Below are positions 10,401-16,223 of a stretch of 27,127 bases of DNA, piece after piece. The translations under genes were made by a program, and so were the position numbers. The first letter of the stretch is position 1, and each line of letters begins with the position of its first letter. Where the stretch lies: the IMG/VR virus record IMGVR_UViG_3300046007_006392, positions 1 to 27,127 of that record; one strand, written 5' to 3'. The stretch is from a virus (lineage: Duplodnaviria > Caudoviricetes). Under the pieces are notes generated by a model. That model was not told where the DNA came from. It was given only the letters and a program-made list of their open reading frames with translations, and made no database searches.

Positions 10401-13400
10401 CAGATCAAGTCCGCCATCGGCAACAGTGGCGCCTTCGATCCGGCAAACCCTGACATCACCAAGTCCGCCGATCGCACCCAGGCCGACACGCCCGAGTTCA
10501 AGGCCTGGTTCGGTGACAGCAAGGTGGTCGACGAGAACGGTGATCCGCTGGTGGTGTACCACGGGTCCAAAAACCCATCGATCACGAGATTCGACTTTAA
10601 GCCGAGGCTATGGGAGGGCCTGAAAAGCGCCCCAAGCAAGCAGCGCCCGGGATGGAAAGAGTTGCGCGGCACCGAGAAGCTGAGCGGCAACGAGCACCTC
10701 TTGGCCATGTGGCTCGAAGCCGGCGACAAGGTTGTTGTCAACTACGCCAGCGGAATGGAGGTTCTTGATAAGAGGGGCCGGCCCGCCGAAGCTGTCGTGC
10801 GCTCGCTGATGAACCCGCGAGAGCCAATCTCTGACCGCGTGGCGGCGGGACACCGAGCGATCTTCTTTGCAGAAGACATCGAGTACACGGGCTTCTACAG
10901 CGTATGGGGGAAAAGAGAGACTGGCGAGGCGCCTGTAACGTACCCGGTCTATTTGCGCGTCGAGAGCCCCGTCACGCCAGAAAGCTGGCCCGACTTCGAG
11001 CCCTTCTACAACAAAGCCACGGGAGGCGACAGGCGCAAGTTCGACCTCGCAAAGACGGCGTTTATGAACGAGCGCTGGGAGGCCTTCGAGGCTTACCCGG
11101 GTTTCATCGAGTACGCCATCTCCAAAGGCTACGACGGCTATTCCATGATCGAGGGCGGGGCCTCGGTTTTTGGCGGCTCCCCAGTGACCGAGCGGGCCCC
11201 GGGGGGCAAGCGAACCTGGGCCGTGTTTCGACCCACCCAAATCAAGTCCGCCATCGGCAACTCTGGCACGTTCGACCCAAGCAGCCCGGACATCACGAAG
11301 AGCGCCGACCGCCCCTGGTTCGACGACCTGAGCGAGCTCAAGATCTCGACCAACTACCAGCTCGGCGACCTGCTCAAGACGAGCAAGAAGCTGAACTGGT
11401 GGGATCGATCTGTCGGCACGCAGTACAACATCGCGCAGAAGCACCCGCAGTTCAAGCGCGTGTTCGATGCCGTGCAGCGCTTCATCAACGACGTCTCGGC
11501 CTACGCCACGCGCGCGGCCGACCTGGCGCCGTCGATCCTGCCCAAGCTCGAGACGCTCAAGGACGTCGCCCGCTCGCCGCTGTCGGCCGAGGACGTCAAG
11601 GCCCTGCGCGACCCGATCTTCGGCGGCACGCTGAAGTACACCCGCGACGACGAGGGCAACGTCATCGAGACCGATGACGTGTCGACGGCCGGCGTGGTGT
11701 TCACCAACGACGAGCTGCGCGAGCTGTTCGGCCTGAACGACCGCCAGGTCAAGCTGTACCGCGAGTTCCGCCGGGCGACCAACAAGAGCCTGACCGACTT
11801 GGCCGTCTCCGACATGCTGCGCTACCTGGGCACCGACGGTGCCGGCGTGCGCCAGCGTGCACTGGAGGCCACCAACCTGGACGGTGCACTCGATGCCATG
11901 GTCGCGCACCTGGACCAGCTCATCGAGCAGCAGCCGCAGCGCGCCAAGGTGCTCGAGGACAGCAAGCGCGCGATCAAGGAGAAGGCCGGCCAGGCCATCG
12001 GCCTGATGGCCCGCGGCTACGCCCCGCTGTCTCGCTTCGGCCAGTTCACGGTCTACGCCGTCAGCAAGGATGGCGAGCAGCTCTACTTCTCGATGTTCGA
12101 GAACGAGCGCGACGCCAACAAGATGGCGCGCGAGATGCGCGAGCAGTACCCCGACGCCACTGTCACCACGGGCACCATGAGCCAGGAGAGCTACAAGCTC
12201 TTCAGCGGCGTGACGCCCGAGACGCTGGCGCTGTTCGGCGAGAGCCTGGGCTTGGAGGAGTCTGGCGTCGACGCAAAGTCGGAGGTGTTCCAGGCCTACC
12301 TCAAGATGGCCAAGACCAACCGCTCGGCCATGAAGCGCCTGATCCAGCGCAAGGGCATCGACGGCTTCAGCGAGGACGCCGGGCGCGTGCTGGCGGGCTT
12401 CGTGTACAGCAACGCACGGCAGATCTCCACCAACCTGCACGCGGGCGAGATCAGCCGCTCGGCCGCCGCGGTGACTGACGGCGATGTGAAGGACGCAGCC
12501 ATCCGACTGGTGGATTACATCCAGAACCCGCAGGAGGAGGCGCAAGCCCTCCGCGGCCTGCTGTTCACGCAGTTCATCGGCGGCTCGATCGCGTCGGCCC
12601 TGGTCAACATGACCCAGCCGTTCACGATGACGCTGCCGTACCTGACCCAGTTCGATGGCACCGTTGGCGCGTCCAAGCGCATGGCAGACGCCGTCAGGCT
12701 GGTGTCGCGCGGCATTCGCAACGACGACGATCTCCAGGCCGCGCTCAAGCGTGGTGAAGAGCTCGGCATCGTCAGCCCGCAGGAGGTGCACCAGCTGATG
12801 GCCCAGGCCCAGGGCCGGGGCTCGCTGCAAAGCGGCGACGGCACCAAGGCGGGCGACGCCGCGGCCAAGGTCAACAACAGCATGGCCAAGCTCGGCCTGG
12901 TCTGGGGCAAGCTGTTCTCGGCCGCCGAGCAGTTCAACCGCCGCGTGACCTTCATCGCCGCCTACAAGCTGGCCCGCGACCAGGGTATGCCTGACCCCAT
13001 GGCGTTCGCTGAGCAAGCGATCGCCGAGACCCAGGGCGTCTACAACAAGGGCAACAAACCGAAGTGGGCACGCGGTGCGGTCGGCGGCACCCTGTTTACG
13101 TTCAAGCAGTATTCGATCGCCTACGTCGAGTTCCTGCGCCGCATGTGGGGCAACGGGCCCGAGGGCAAGAAGGCCGTCGGCCTGGCGCTCGGCGTGCTGT
13201 TCCTGACCGCCGGCATGAGTGGACTGCCTGGTGCCGACGACCTGGACGATGTGATCGACGGCTTCATGCAGCGCGTGCTCGGCCGCAGCTTCGACAGCAA
13301 GCAGGCGAAGAAGGAATTCTTCGCATCGATCCTAGGCCAGTCCGGCGCCGAGTTCGTCATGAGCGGGTTGTCCGGCCTGCCGGGCATGCCAATCGACTTC

Positions 13401-14033
13401 TCGGGTCGCATGGGCCTGGGCAACCTGTTCCCGGGCACGGGAACCCTCACCAAGAAGACCGACTACGGCCGCGACTTCCTCGAGGTCGTGGGCCCGGCCG
13501 GCACGCTGTTCGCCAACGCCGGCACCGCGCTGGCCAGCCTGGCCCAAGGCGAGGTCAAGAAGGCCGCCGAGGTGCTGGCGCCCGTGGCTGCGCAGAACGC
13601 GCTCAAGGCGGTTGACATGGCCCAGATGGGCTACTACCGCGACATGAAGGGCCGCAAGGTCGTCGACACCGACGGCTGGGATGCACTGGCCAAGTCGATC
13701 GGCTTCCAGCCGCGGGCCGTCGCGCAGGTGCAGGGCGCCACGATGACCCAGGCGAACCTGGTGGGCCAGAACAAGCTGCGCGAGACCGAGATCGCGGACA
13801 AGTGGGCACGCGGCCGCATCGAGCGCAAGCCCGACCTCATCCAGGAGGCCAAGGACGAGCTCGCCGACTGGAACCGCAAGAACCCCGAGAGCAAGATCAG
13901 GATCGACGAGGCGCAGATCAACAAGCGCGTGCAGGAGGCCAACAAGACCAAGGCCCAGCGCATCGCCGCCACCGCGCCCAAGGAGATCCGCAACGCGGTC
14001 AAGAAGCAGCTCGAGTCTGAGGGTGCCCAGTGA
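4422..14033 (+). CDS. Giant polyvalent protein (probable internal virion/ejected protein), 3203 aa: 5 ART-PolyVal-like domains, GNAT, ParB-like, two unknown domains, C-terminal PLxRFG region
   Basis: Uninterrupted 9.6 kb ORF; five blocks of the form PEFKxWFxxS...YHG...VYL...GYDG...QIKSA; motif GYAPLSRFG near 12015-12041; last gene of the late operon, followed by a terminator. Confidence 0.92.
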   Translation: MSTLKISGCMSVVKDMGDLDRDALLERLDQYRADGVPVERAQVMATADTMAELEDERREFMRLLKEQHPDIFTVTAPAEREGGIRKSADRQIDTPEFKKWFGDSKVVDGNGRPLVVYHGTQGDFDTFRDDIEGRAGFYFTSDKAFASSFAEGGGANVMPAYLSISKPADLRRGVPGSVYDALEGQGYSRLVELYESDPQEIWNFFDGDTELSDALKRAGYDGMRLSEPSGRREVYSWVAFRPEQIKSAIGNNGDFAADNPDITKSADRQTDTPEFKRWFADSVMTENGKPGGEPLVLYHGGFDFAQAPDGKAVPKVSGRGSLGVGFYMTPDKDRARGYAEDNSGAVSSLYVRMERPLEIRLSRGQDPMVEALVALGMDRDKAARKVESAYEKYGYVGSEVKSLALNKGYDGLVEYIGNKMSEVVVWNPTQVKSATNNDGGFSWNPDIRRSADRTPLGFYSALARGLQDAPIKSAPAGAWKTAIKGLINKGAVKADEVEWSGINDWIDLEGQPKPVYESGYGLIDEHQNEDGTWQQVDDLGAYFRTKDEAESAITDELRRASEEWAKKEGVKSRISVESFDNLDLGKTVTPKITKEQVAQYLEQGGVRVEEVVLGETGLDGGTEGFVVGRYGDKEWGIYRVDDGDSADPVGGTFSSRSDAELALEKMQADLPTKYSQYTLPGGENYREVLLTLPIKAEPNDPKPLKIERRDDGAYVLSDKYGPVKTVPTIEEAEAYRDRRSADDAAVLMRRRENEGKLYRSPRWDQPNVLAHIRVNDRTDADGKRVLFVEELQSDWGQEGKKKGFKGDPTYMQGMEGQDEGFVGLNASGVPRAPFVTKTEGWLNLALKRVMVMAAEGGYDKVAFVNGEQSADRYDLSKQVERIDAMSDAARTGETFYNLDISTKDGRDFNRDGLTADQLEEHVGKEMAQKIVESLPSPGMKARFSGLDLKVGGEGMKTFYDTIVPTTLKKLLPKVGGGQMRAVALGGDYSIEERPGSYYAIVENGEQVGGLYDLRVEAEEALAKMSGAQPGFDVTDAMREKVAGGVPLFSPDRAQTQTPEFKKWFEGSKVVNGLGQPRVVYHGTAADVAIFDMGRAGQTYGLKDEQAFFFTGRLETAESAADDATGLPIYAEKYRYKGFGGGREVDTDYDFDDGEAYDSTALYNGGQNVMPAYLALKNPLIIDADEGYGAGSYLESRGELPGALIARAKSEGYDGIIIRGKYRNVERISRVRANSWMSDAEKKKILEGIAREDARKRQTDNYFIAFRPNQIKSAIGNIGAFGQRPVTAEEAARFGMGEMEANFRQYEGDIRFSVDRDYEPERTVKAYKLFRTSPREPGKLFPLFVNADKSVPMGQWLRAEDGPAAAGGKVKSKLGPLAYRPGWHAGDMPVATHIGMKPKPGDNKPTVRNPEQVWAEVEFAADVDWQEEANKRGTNAQGKVVPVKAHITDRVPEGGFYRYKTNPKMTGAWLIGGEMRVNRVLSDADVKRINDKAGVADLPREKPLDLKAMGFAVRKSEDRDGGEITVDFSADKPSRDRAKAWVAKVNEMFPRNPMNGRQRVMMFGEDDMVIFELDDSVTVPGAAEVKWFQAYPLRSGNGTKGMQELQRLAAEDNMPLTLYPWDKGRVSQAALTKFYKKNGFTPIRKGGKDLVWRPEADITKSADRVQASEKRDTSSAERFDPKQIENNRVPDYKSREKLIDMPIGDFLALAEKGEEEAKGRDVKKLLDNGARFSSLPYLNVDSDYRADGHEGRHRARALKAAGYEKMPVILRVAGLRWSEQADPSRFDYVKDWPTELRAQATAENPSFSIPFPVSREDAMTPYRGDIRASEKRDIDSPEFKRWFGDSKVVDAEGRPLVVYHGTHANDSIERFSEDKIGSRTDDGFMGRGFYFGDSTDASSYAGYQPFSDPSRKPSGGSVYPVYLSLQNPLVLFGRRVGERVKRMPDRGVLARDAAGLPRSASAAELRAKLEGMGHDGVIYTDELGTQEYVAFRPEQIKSAIGNSGAFDPANPDITKSADRTQADTPEFKAWFGDSKVVDENGDPLVVYHGSKNPSITRFDFKPRLWEGLKSAPSKQRPGWKELRGTEKLSGNEHLLAMWLEAGDKVVVNYASGMEVLDKRGRPAEAVVRSLMNPREPISDRVAAGHRAIFFAEDIEYTGFYSVWGKRETGEAPVTYPVYLRVESPVTPESWPDFEPFYNKATGGDRRKFDLAKTAFMNERWEAFEAYPGFIEYAISKGYDGYSMIEGGASVFGGSPVTERAPGGKRTWAVFRPTQIKSAIGNSGTFDPSSPDITKSADRPWFDDLSELKISTNYQLGDLLKTSKKLNWWDRSVGTQYNIAQKHPQFKRVFDAVQRFINDVSAYATRAADLAPSILPKLETLKDVARSPLSAEDVKALRDPIFGGTLKYTRDDEGNVIETDDVSTAGVVFTNDELRELFGLNDRQVKLYREFRRATNKSLTDLAVSDMLRYLGTDGAGVRQRALEATNLDGALDAMVAHLDQLIEQQPQRAKVLEDSKRAIKEKAGQAIGLMARGYAPLSRFGQFTVYAVSKDGEQLYFSMFENERDANKMAREMREQYPDATVTTGTMSQESYKLFSGVTPETLALFGESLGLEESGVDAKSEVFQAYLKMAKTNRSAMKRLIQRKGIDGFSEDAGRVLAGFVYSNARQISTNLHAGEISRSAAAVTDGDVKDAAIRLVDYIQNPQEEAQALRGLLFTQFIGGSIASALVNMTQPFTMTLPYLTQFDGTVGASKRMADAVRLVSRGIRNDDDLQAALKRGEELGIVSPQEVHQLMAQAQGRGSLQSGDGTKAGDAAAKVNNSMAKLGLVWGKLFSAAEQFNRRVTFIAAYKLARDQGMPDPMAFAEQAIAETQGVYNKGNKPKWARGAVGGTLFTFKQYSIAYVEFLRRMWGNGPEGKKAVGLALGVLFLTAGMSGLPGADDLDDVIDGFMQRVLGRSFDSKQAKKEFFASILGQSGAEFVMSGLSGLPGMPIDFSGRMGLGNLFPGTGTLTKKTDYGRDFLEVVGPAGTLFANAGTALASLAQGEVKKAAEVLAPVAAQNALKAVDMAQMGYYRDMKGRKVVDTDGWDALAKSIGFQPRAVAQVQGATMTQANLVGQNKLRETEIADKWARGRIERKPDLIQEAKDELADWNRKNPESKIRIDEAQINKRVQEANKTKAQRIAATAPKEIRNAVKKQLESEGAQ
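4692..5201 (+). other. Cassette 1: ADP-ribosyltransferase-like (ART-PolyVal-like) domain
   Basis: TPEFKKWFGDSKVVD, YHGT, GFYFTS, VMPAYL, GYDG, FRPEQIKSAIGN. Confidence 0.8.
5226..5756 (+). other. Cassette 2: ART-PolyVal-like domain
   Basis: TPEFKRWF, YHGG, GVGFYMT, GYDG, SEVVVWNPTQVKSA (candidate catalytic Glu present). Confidence 0.8.
5781..7559 (+). other. Cassette 3: ~590-aa uncharacterised polyvalent-protein domain (FYSAL...NYREVLLTLP...VEELQSDW...GEGMKTFYD)
   Basis: Bounded by linkers; motif blocks of a type I recognise from large phage virion proteins, but I cannot name the family. Confidence 0.55.
7578..8342 (+). other. Cassette 4: ART-PolyVal-like domain with acidic insertion
   Basis: TPEFKKWF, YHGT, AFFFT, VMPAYL, GYDG, FRPNQIKSAIGN. 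Confidence 0.8.
8367..8954 (+). other. Cassette 5: uncharacterised domain (AYKLF...LAYRPGWH...VWAEVE...GGFYRYKTN)
   Basis: Bounded by linkers DIRFSVDR and VRKSEDR; enzyme-like motifs, family not assigned. Confidence 0.5.
8976..9386 (+). other. Cassette 6: GNAT-fold acetyltransferase domain
   Basis: Acetyl-CoA-binding motif A (LRSGNGT) and motif B (LTKFYKKNGF). Confidence 0.75.
9436..9890 (+). other. Cassette 7: ParB/sulfiredoxin-like domain
   Basis: LPYL...DGHEGRHRARALKAAGYEKMPVIL matches the ParB/Srx GxHR core. Confidence 0.7.
9915..10451 (+). other. Cassette 8: ART-PolyVal-like domain
   Basis: SPEFKRWFGDSKVVD, YHGT, GRGFYFG, VYPVYL, GHDG, QEYVAFRPEQIKSAIGN (candidate catalytic Glu present). 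Confidence 0.8.
10476..11288 (+). other. Cassette 9: ART-PolyVal-like domain with a large insertion
   Basis: TPEFKAWFGDSKVVD, YHGS, IFFAED, TYPVYL, GYDG, FRPTQIKSAIGN. Confidence 0.75.
11313..14033 (+). other. Constant C-terminal body with PLxRFG domain
   Basis: GYAPLSRFG motif; helical sequence with a hydrophobic Gly-rich stretch (AVGLALGVLFLTAGMSGLPGA); strongly G/C-ending codons. Confidence 0.75.
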
Positions 14034-14083
14034 TGTGATGTTGCGAAGTGTCGGCACTTCGCGGCCACTGACGACGATTCGCA

Positions 14084-14108
14084 ACCGCCCTTCGGGGCGG
14101 TCTTTTTT
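14084..14108 (+). terminator. Rho-independent terminator of the late operon
   Basis: ACCGCCC-TTCG-GGGCGGT stem with a C(UUCG)G loop, then CTTTTTT. Confidence 0.85.
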
Positions 14109-14109
14109 G

Positions 14110-14137
14110 TTGCGCGCACGCAACGGTTCAGTAGAAT
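14110..14137 (+). promoter_or_regulatory. Putative sigma70 promoter
   Basis: TTGCGC-16 nt-TAGAAT, ending 5 nt before the ATG at 14143. Confidence 0.5.
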
Positions 14138-14142
14138 CGGCG

Positions 14143-14268
14143 ATGCGTTGCTGGCCATCCATCTGCGGAGTCTCCATCCTAATCGGCCTCGTCACCCTGG
14201 CCGCATCGCACCCGGCGCTGGCCGTGGTAATTGGAGGCGCGCTGTACGCGCTCTGGCGCACTTGCTAG
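14143..14268 (+). CDS. Small hydrophobic membrane protein, 41 aa
   Basis: MRCWPSICGVSILIGLVTLAASHPALAVVIGGALYALWRTC: two hydrophobic segments around HP; fills the gap between terminator and attP. Confidence 0.5.
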   Translation: MRCWPSICGVSILIGLVTLAASHPALAVVIGGALYALWRTC

Positions 14269-14289
14269 TGTCGACCGGCGGTGACCGTG

Positions 14290-14302
14290 CAAGTTGTTGA
14301 AA
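14290..14302 (-). promoter_or_regulatory. IHF-like site left of the att core
   Basis: Minus strand TTTCAACAACTTG, one mismatch to WATCAANNNNTTR. Confidence 0.55.
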
Positions 14303-14316
14303 ACAAAGGCAGGCAT

Positions 14317-14364
14317 CGGCCTGCAAAGCCGCGGACGTCGGTTCGATTCCGGCTCGCGCCTCCA
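14317..14364 (+). mobile_element. attP core: 3' portion of tRNA-Cys(GCA)
   Basis: CGGC-CTGCAAA-GCCG anticodon arm, GTCGG-TTCGATT-CCGGC T arm, acceptor 3' strand TCGCGCC, discriminator T and CCA; the 5' acceptor strand and D arm are absent; an integrase gene follows. Confidence 0.88.
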
Positions 14365-14368
14365 AATA

Positions 14369-14381
14369 AATCAAGCACTTA
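14369..14381 (+). promoter_or_regulatory. IHF consensus site right of the att core
   Basis: AATCAAGCACTTA matches WATCAANNNNTTR exactly. Confidence 0.7.
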
Positions 14382-14389
14382 GCAAAACC

Positions 14390-14414
14390 GAGCCGCCGCG
14401 AGCGGCTCTTTTTT
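14390..14414 (+). terminator. Rho-independent terminator after the tRNA fragment
   Basis: GAGCCGC-CGCGA-GCGGCTC followed by TTTTTT. Confidence 0.8.
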
Positions 14415-14540
14415 CGCCTCAACCATTCCTGATTTCGACTCGCGACCACCCGGTTTGGGTGGTCAACCCCCTGTTGGTCTGATACCTTCCTGGTCTACGC
14501 GAGTTTGTCCGCGTGCACCCCCTGACCGCCCGAGTCGACA

Positions 14541-15680
14541 ATGGCCTTTGTTCGCAAGACCAAATCCGGCAAGTTTGAGCTGCGCATCCGCAGCAAGTTG
14601 CTGCCCAAGGATGTCTACCTCACCTTCGACGATGAGGCCGAGGCGCACAGCTACGGCGACCAGGCCAAGAGCCTTCTGGCCGACGGCATCGTTCCCGCGG
14701 CCTTCATCGACACCAAGGTCAAGCCGCTCGACTCCGTCGCCGAGATCGTGCGCGCCTGGCGCTTTAAGGGCGATCTGTCCGGGTCCGACGACGACGTCCT
14801 GAACCACGTCCTTGCCGACCTGGGCGGCATGCGCCTGGACGAGCTGACCTACAAGTGGGCCGAGGCGTGGGTGACCCACCTCAAGCGCAAGACCAACCTG
14901 GCCCCCGGCACCATCCGCAAGCGCGTGGGCTGCCTGGCCAGGGCGCTGGACTGGTATCTGCGCTCGCACCCCGACATCCAGGTGGCCAACCCGCTGCGGC
15001 TGCTGCCCAAGGGGTACGCCACCTACACCGCTCGAGACGCCGAGGCCATCAAGGGAACCAGCGCGGTGGTGAAGTCGGACGTGGAGCGGGACCGGCGCCT
15101 GCTGCCCAACGAAGAGGCTGTGCTGGCCCGCGTGCTGGATGGCGAGCGGCGGCCGGACCGGGAGCGGTCCCTGCAGGTTGATCCGGCCTTCAGGCTGCTG
15201 TTCCTGCTGATCCTGAACACCGGCATCCGGCTGCGCGAGGCGTACACCCTGCACCGCAGGCAGGTGTCAGAGACCTTTGTGCGCGTTCAATCGGGCAAAT
15301 CCAGGGCAGGGGTGCCTGAGTTCCGAAACGTGCCCCTGGTGCGCCACCTGCGCCCCTTGCTGGCCGCCTGGGTGCAGGACATCCCGGCCGATCAGCCCGT
15401 CTTCCCGTTTTGGAACGGCGACCCCGAGGAGCTCGACCGCGTGACCGCAAAGCTCTCGCGCCGGTTCGGCACGCTGTTCGACTATGCCGGCCTGGCTGAC
15501 CTGACCGAACATGACCTGCGACATGAGGCGACATGCCGGTGGTTCGAGATGCGATCCGATGATGGCAACTGGCTGTTCCGGGAGGGCGAGATCCGCAAGA
15601 TCATGGGCTGGTCGGTCAAGAGCCCGATGCCTGCCCGATACGCCAGCTTCAGGGCCGAGGATCTCGCGGCAAGGCTCTGA
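14541..15680 (+). CDS. int: Tyrosine integrase (HP1/Rci-like catalytic domain), 379 aa
   Basis: TGIRLREA (Arg), HDLRHEA (HxxR), MGW, RYA (Tyr); adjacent to attP. Confidence 0.93.
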   Translation: MAFVRKTKSGKFELRIRSKLLPKDVYLTFDDEAEAHSYGDQAKSLLADGIVPAAFIDTKVKPLDSVAEIVRAWRFKGDLSGSDDDVLNHVLADLGGMRLDELTYKWAEAWVTHLKRKTNLAPGTIRKRVGCLARALDWYLRSHPDIQVANPLRLLPKGYATYTARDAEAIKGTSAVVKSDVERDRRLLPNEEAVLARVLDGERRPDRERSLQVDPAFRLLFLLILNTGIRLREAYTLHRRQVSETFVRVQSGKSRAGVPEFRNVPLVRHLRPLLAAWVQDIPADQPVFPFWNGDPEELDRVTAKLSRRFGTLFDYAGLADLTEHDLRHEATCRWFEMRSDDGNWLFREGEIRKIMGWSVKSPMPARYASFRAEDLAARL

Positions 15681-15906
15681 CGGGAAGGGCGGGTGCGGGC
15701 CTGCGCCTAATCGGCGACGGCCCCTGGCGCCGAGCCTTTGCGTGCTCGAGAGCGATCTCGTTGAGGCGCACCCGCAGTGCGTCAGCCGGGATCACCCACC
15801 CGCGGCCAAACTTGGCGCCGGGCAGCTCGCCGGCGTAGATGCGCTCAACCACAATCTCCTGGGTGCAGCCGAGCATCTCGGCCACCTGGGCGACGCTGTA
15901 GATCAC
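15649..15906 (-). CDS. Excisionase-like HTH protein, 85 aa
   Basis: YSVAQVAEMLG...RIYAGELPGAKFGRGWVIP is a typical MerR-like/HTH_17 excisionase motif; GTG start overlaps the upstream stop (GTGA); convergent with int. Confidence 0.8.
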   Translation of the reverse strand: MIYSVAQVAEMLGCTQEIVVERIYAGELPGAKFGRGWVIPADALRVRLNEIALEHAKARRQGPSPIRRRPAPALPVRALPRDPRP

Positions 15907-16223
15907 TTCGGCTCCGGTATGCGAATGGCCACGCGCCCGCCAGAGCCCGCCGTGGTGACGTAGGCCGTGATGCACCAATCGCCTTCCTTGAGCGAGGCGT
16001 CGAACTCGTGGATTGCGGTCAGCGGGCGCTTGCGGTCCAGCTCGCGCATATGCGGCTCGCTGTCCGCCCAGCACTTCGAGACGACCAGACAAGAGGGCGC
16101 CAGGCGCCCGATGACGTAGCTGCGCGGGTGGACGTGGCGCACCGACCCGATGATCTTGACCTTGTTCTTCTTGCACCAGGCCTTGACCGCCGCGACGGCC
16201 TCGCGCTGCAGCTTGGTGGTCAT
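15903..16223 (-). CDS. Hypothetical protein, 106 aa
   Basis: 4-nt overlaps with both neighbours; RBS GGAGGG. Confidence 0.65.
   Translation of the reverse strand: MTTKLQREAVAAVKAWCKKNKVKIIGSVRHVHPRSYVIGRLAPSCLVVSKCWADSEPHMRELDRKRPLTAIHEFDASLKEGDWCITAYVTTAGSGGRVAIRIPEPK

Larger units (their letters stand above)
4671..11312 (+). repeat. Dispersed in-frame linker repeats, 10 copies plus one extra tandem linker
   Basis: Starts at 4671 IRKSADR, 5202 DITKSADR, 5757 DIRRSADR, 7560 LFSPDR, 8343 DIRFSVDR, 8955 VRKSEDR, 9387 DITKSADR (then VQASEKR), 9891 DIRASEKR, 10452 DITKSADR, 11289 DITKSADR. The 20-mer GACATCACCAAGTCCGCCGA is exact at 5202, 9387 and 10452. Confidence 0.9.

Noticed and set aside
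4692-11288. Inteins as the inserted domains
   Set aside because: No Cys/Ser...His-Asn splice junctions or LAGLIDADG motifs at cassette borders.
4671-11312. CRISPR array or diversity-generating retroelement
   Set aside because: Repeats are in-frame, degenerate and hundreds of nt apart; no cas or reverse transcriptase gene and no adenine-specific TR/VR pair seen.
6456-13016. Long antisense ORFs (6456-8756, 10608-13016; also 4044-5318)
   Set aside because: Shadow frames of the GC-rich giant gene; no recognisable motifs.
14290-14364. Complete tRNA-Cys gene
   Set aside because: The 5' acceptor strand and D arm are missing; better explained as the attP core.
4671-15680. Shufflon or integron driven by the Rci-like recombinase
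   Set aside because: Linkers are all direct, with no inverted cassettes or attC-like palindromes; the recombinase is explained by the adjacent attP.
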